Part shown: positions 62,581 to 64,000 of the stretch, in pieces
Layout: every line of letters starts with the position of its first letter
Numbering within the stretch: position 1 is the stretch's first letter
DNA from: Eledone cirrhosa
Lineage: Eukaryota
Assembly (NCBI GenBank): GCA_964016885.1
Contig: OZ024764.1
Location: forward strand, 7,750,001 to 7,814,000
Direction: 5' to 3'
DNA length: 64,000 nucleotides
Program-made: the position numbers and the translations under genes
The notes under the pieces: model-generated
Told to the model about the DNA's origin: nothing
What the model saw: the letters and a program-made list of their open reading frames with translations, nothing else
Database searches by the model: none

Positions 62581-64000
62581 GCAGCAACAATGAGACACAT
62601 ATTGTGACGGACTTATTCATCATCTCTTCCGTCATCTCGGAAGATCCTGATGATGATGGTGGTGGTGGTGGTGGTCTGGAGGTGAGACCAGGTCATGGTG
62701 GTGGCGGTGGTGGTGTGGAGGTGAGACCAGTTCCTGATGGTGGTGGTGATGGTTGTGGTGGTGGTAGTGGTTACATCAATGATGATGTTGGTATTGGTGA
62801 TGATGGCAGTGGTTGTGGTGATGTTGATGGTGGTGGTGGTGGTAGTGGTGGTGTCGTTGAAGTTCTGGTTTTGGATGGTGGTGGTGGTGGTGGTTATAAT
62901 ACTACTACTACTACTACTACTAGTAACATTAATAAGAACAATAATAGCAGTAATGGTAGTGGTTGCCTGGCAACAGTTGGTGGTGGTGGCATTGGACAAG
63001 CTGACACCACCGGCACCGCCATTATCAACAAATTGTTTTTTGTGTCCAGTATCAACCCTGCCTCAGCCTCCGCATCTCCCTTACCACCCCACTCACCTTC
63101 TGCCTCCACAGTGTCAGAGTTGCCTCCCCTAGCGACGAATGCTGCCATAGCTACAACCTGGGAGCTGCCACCCCTTGCGATGAATGGTGCCGTAACTACG
63201 ACAACAGAGTTACCTCCCCTAACTACGACAACGGAGTTGCCTACCCTTGCGACAGATGCTGCCTTGACTACGACACTGGAGCTGCCTCCCCCTCACACAA
63301 ATGATGCCTTAACTACGATATCAGAGTTGCCTCCCCTTCATATGAATGCCGCCTTAACTACGAGGTCGGCGTTATCATCATCATCATCATCGGCAATGCG
63401 ACAACAGCTGCAAGAAAAGAACAACAAAGGCCACAAGCACGTGTGCAGTTGGTGCTCGCGGGCATTTGGTCGCAGCTGCGATCTACAGCGCCACCTACGT
63501 ATCCACACTGGGGAGAAGCCGTATGTGTGCAGCTACTGCGGAAAGACGTTCTCACAGTCTGGCAGCCTTACTGCACACATGCGCATTCACACAGGAGAGA
63601 AGAAGAAACCATTTGAGTGCAGGCATTGCCATGCTTTGTTTCTGGTGCATGCGGAGATGCTCATACATTGCAGGTCGGTGCATAACAGCAACAACAATAT
63701 CAACAACAGTCCAGGCAGTGGCAGCTGTCCGAGCGGCTCTCGCATCAAGTGCACCTACTGCGAGAAGGGGTTCACGTCGCAGAGCACGCTGTTGACGCAC
63801 CTCCGAATGCACACTGGCGAGAAGCCGTTTGCGTGCAAGCTGTGCTGTAAGGCATTTGCGCACAAGAGTGACCTCACGAAGCATGTCCGGACGCACACCG
63901 GCGAGAAGCCGTTTGAGTGCGACGTCTGCCGGAAGCTGTTTTCGCGCTCGACCAGTCTGACTGTGCACCGCCGATGTCACACGGGGGAGCGCCCTTTCAC
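62454..64000 (+). CDS. C2H2 zinc-finger protein, 3'-partial; at least 6 fingers after a low-complexity N-terminus
   Basis: ATG at 62454 with an in-frame TGA at 62445; frame open to the window end. CSWC..HLRIH-TGEKPY-CSYC..HMRIH-TGEKKKPF-CRHC..-CTYC..HLRMH-TGEKPF-CKLC..HVRTH-TGEKPF-CDVC..HRRCH-TGERPF. Missing from the ORF track because it has no stop in the window. Confidence 0.93.

Overview
Repeat-rich eukaryotic (animal) DNA. The (TA)n/(ATG)n microsatellite load, the tRNA-derived SINE families and a C2H2-ZNF gene suggest an octopus or other cephalopod (inference). Three host genes are visible, all on the + strand: (1) the last two coding exons of ARPC3 (Arp2/3 p21 subunit; 3637-3858 and 8427-8489); (2) an uninterrupted 7.6-kb ORF (45615-53258, ~2547 aa) encoding a divergent rhodopsin-like 7TM GPCR whose ECL1, ECL2 and ICL3 are inflated to roughly 620, 440 and 1080 aa by in-frame micro- and minisatellites; (3) a C2H2 zinc-finger gene running off the right edge (62454->64000). 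The rest is mostly mobile DNA: RTE-clade LINEs with a PHD-type finger inserted inside the RT domain, a near-full-length Tx1/L1 element plus three stacked 3' fragments in (TATC)n, non-autonomous Helitrons, a Chapaev-like transposase relic, a hAT MITE, a CR1 3' end, and SINEs that have swapped tails between two RTE partners. There are also several tandem arrays, many fold-back palindromes, and at least seven Penelope-type hammerhead ribozyme motifs, some degenerate. All calls come from reading the sequence by eye; no database searches were run.
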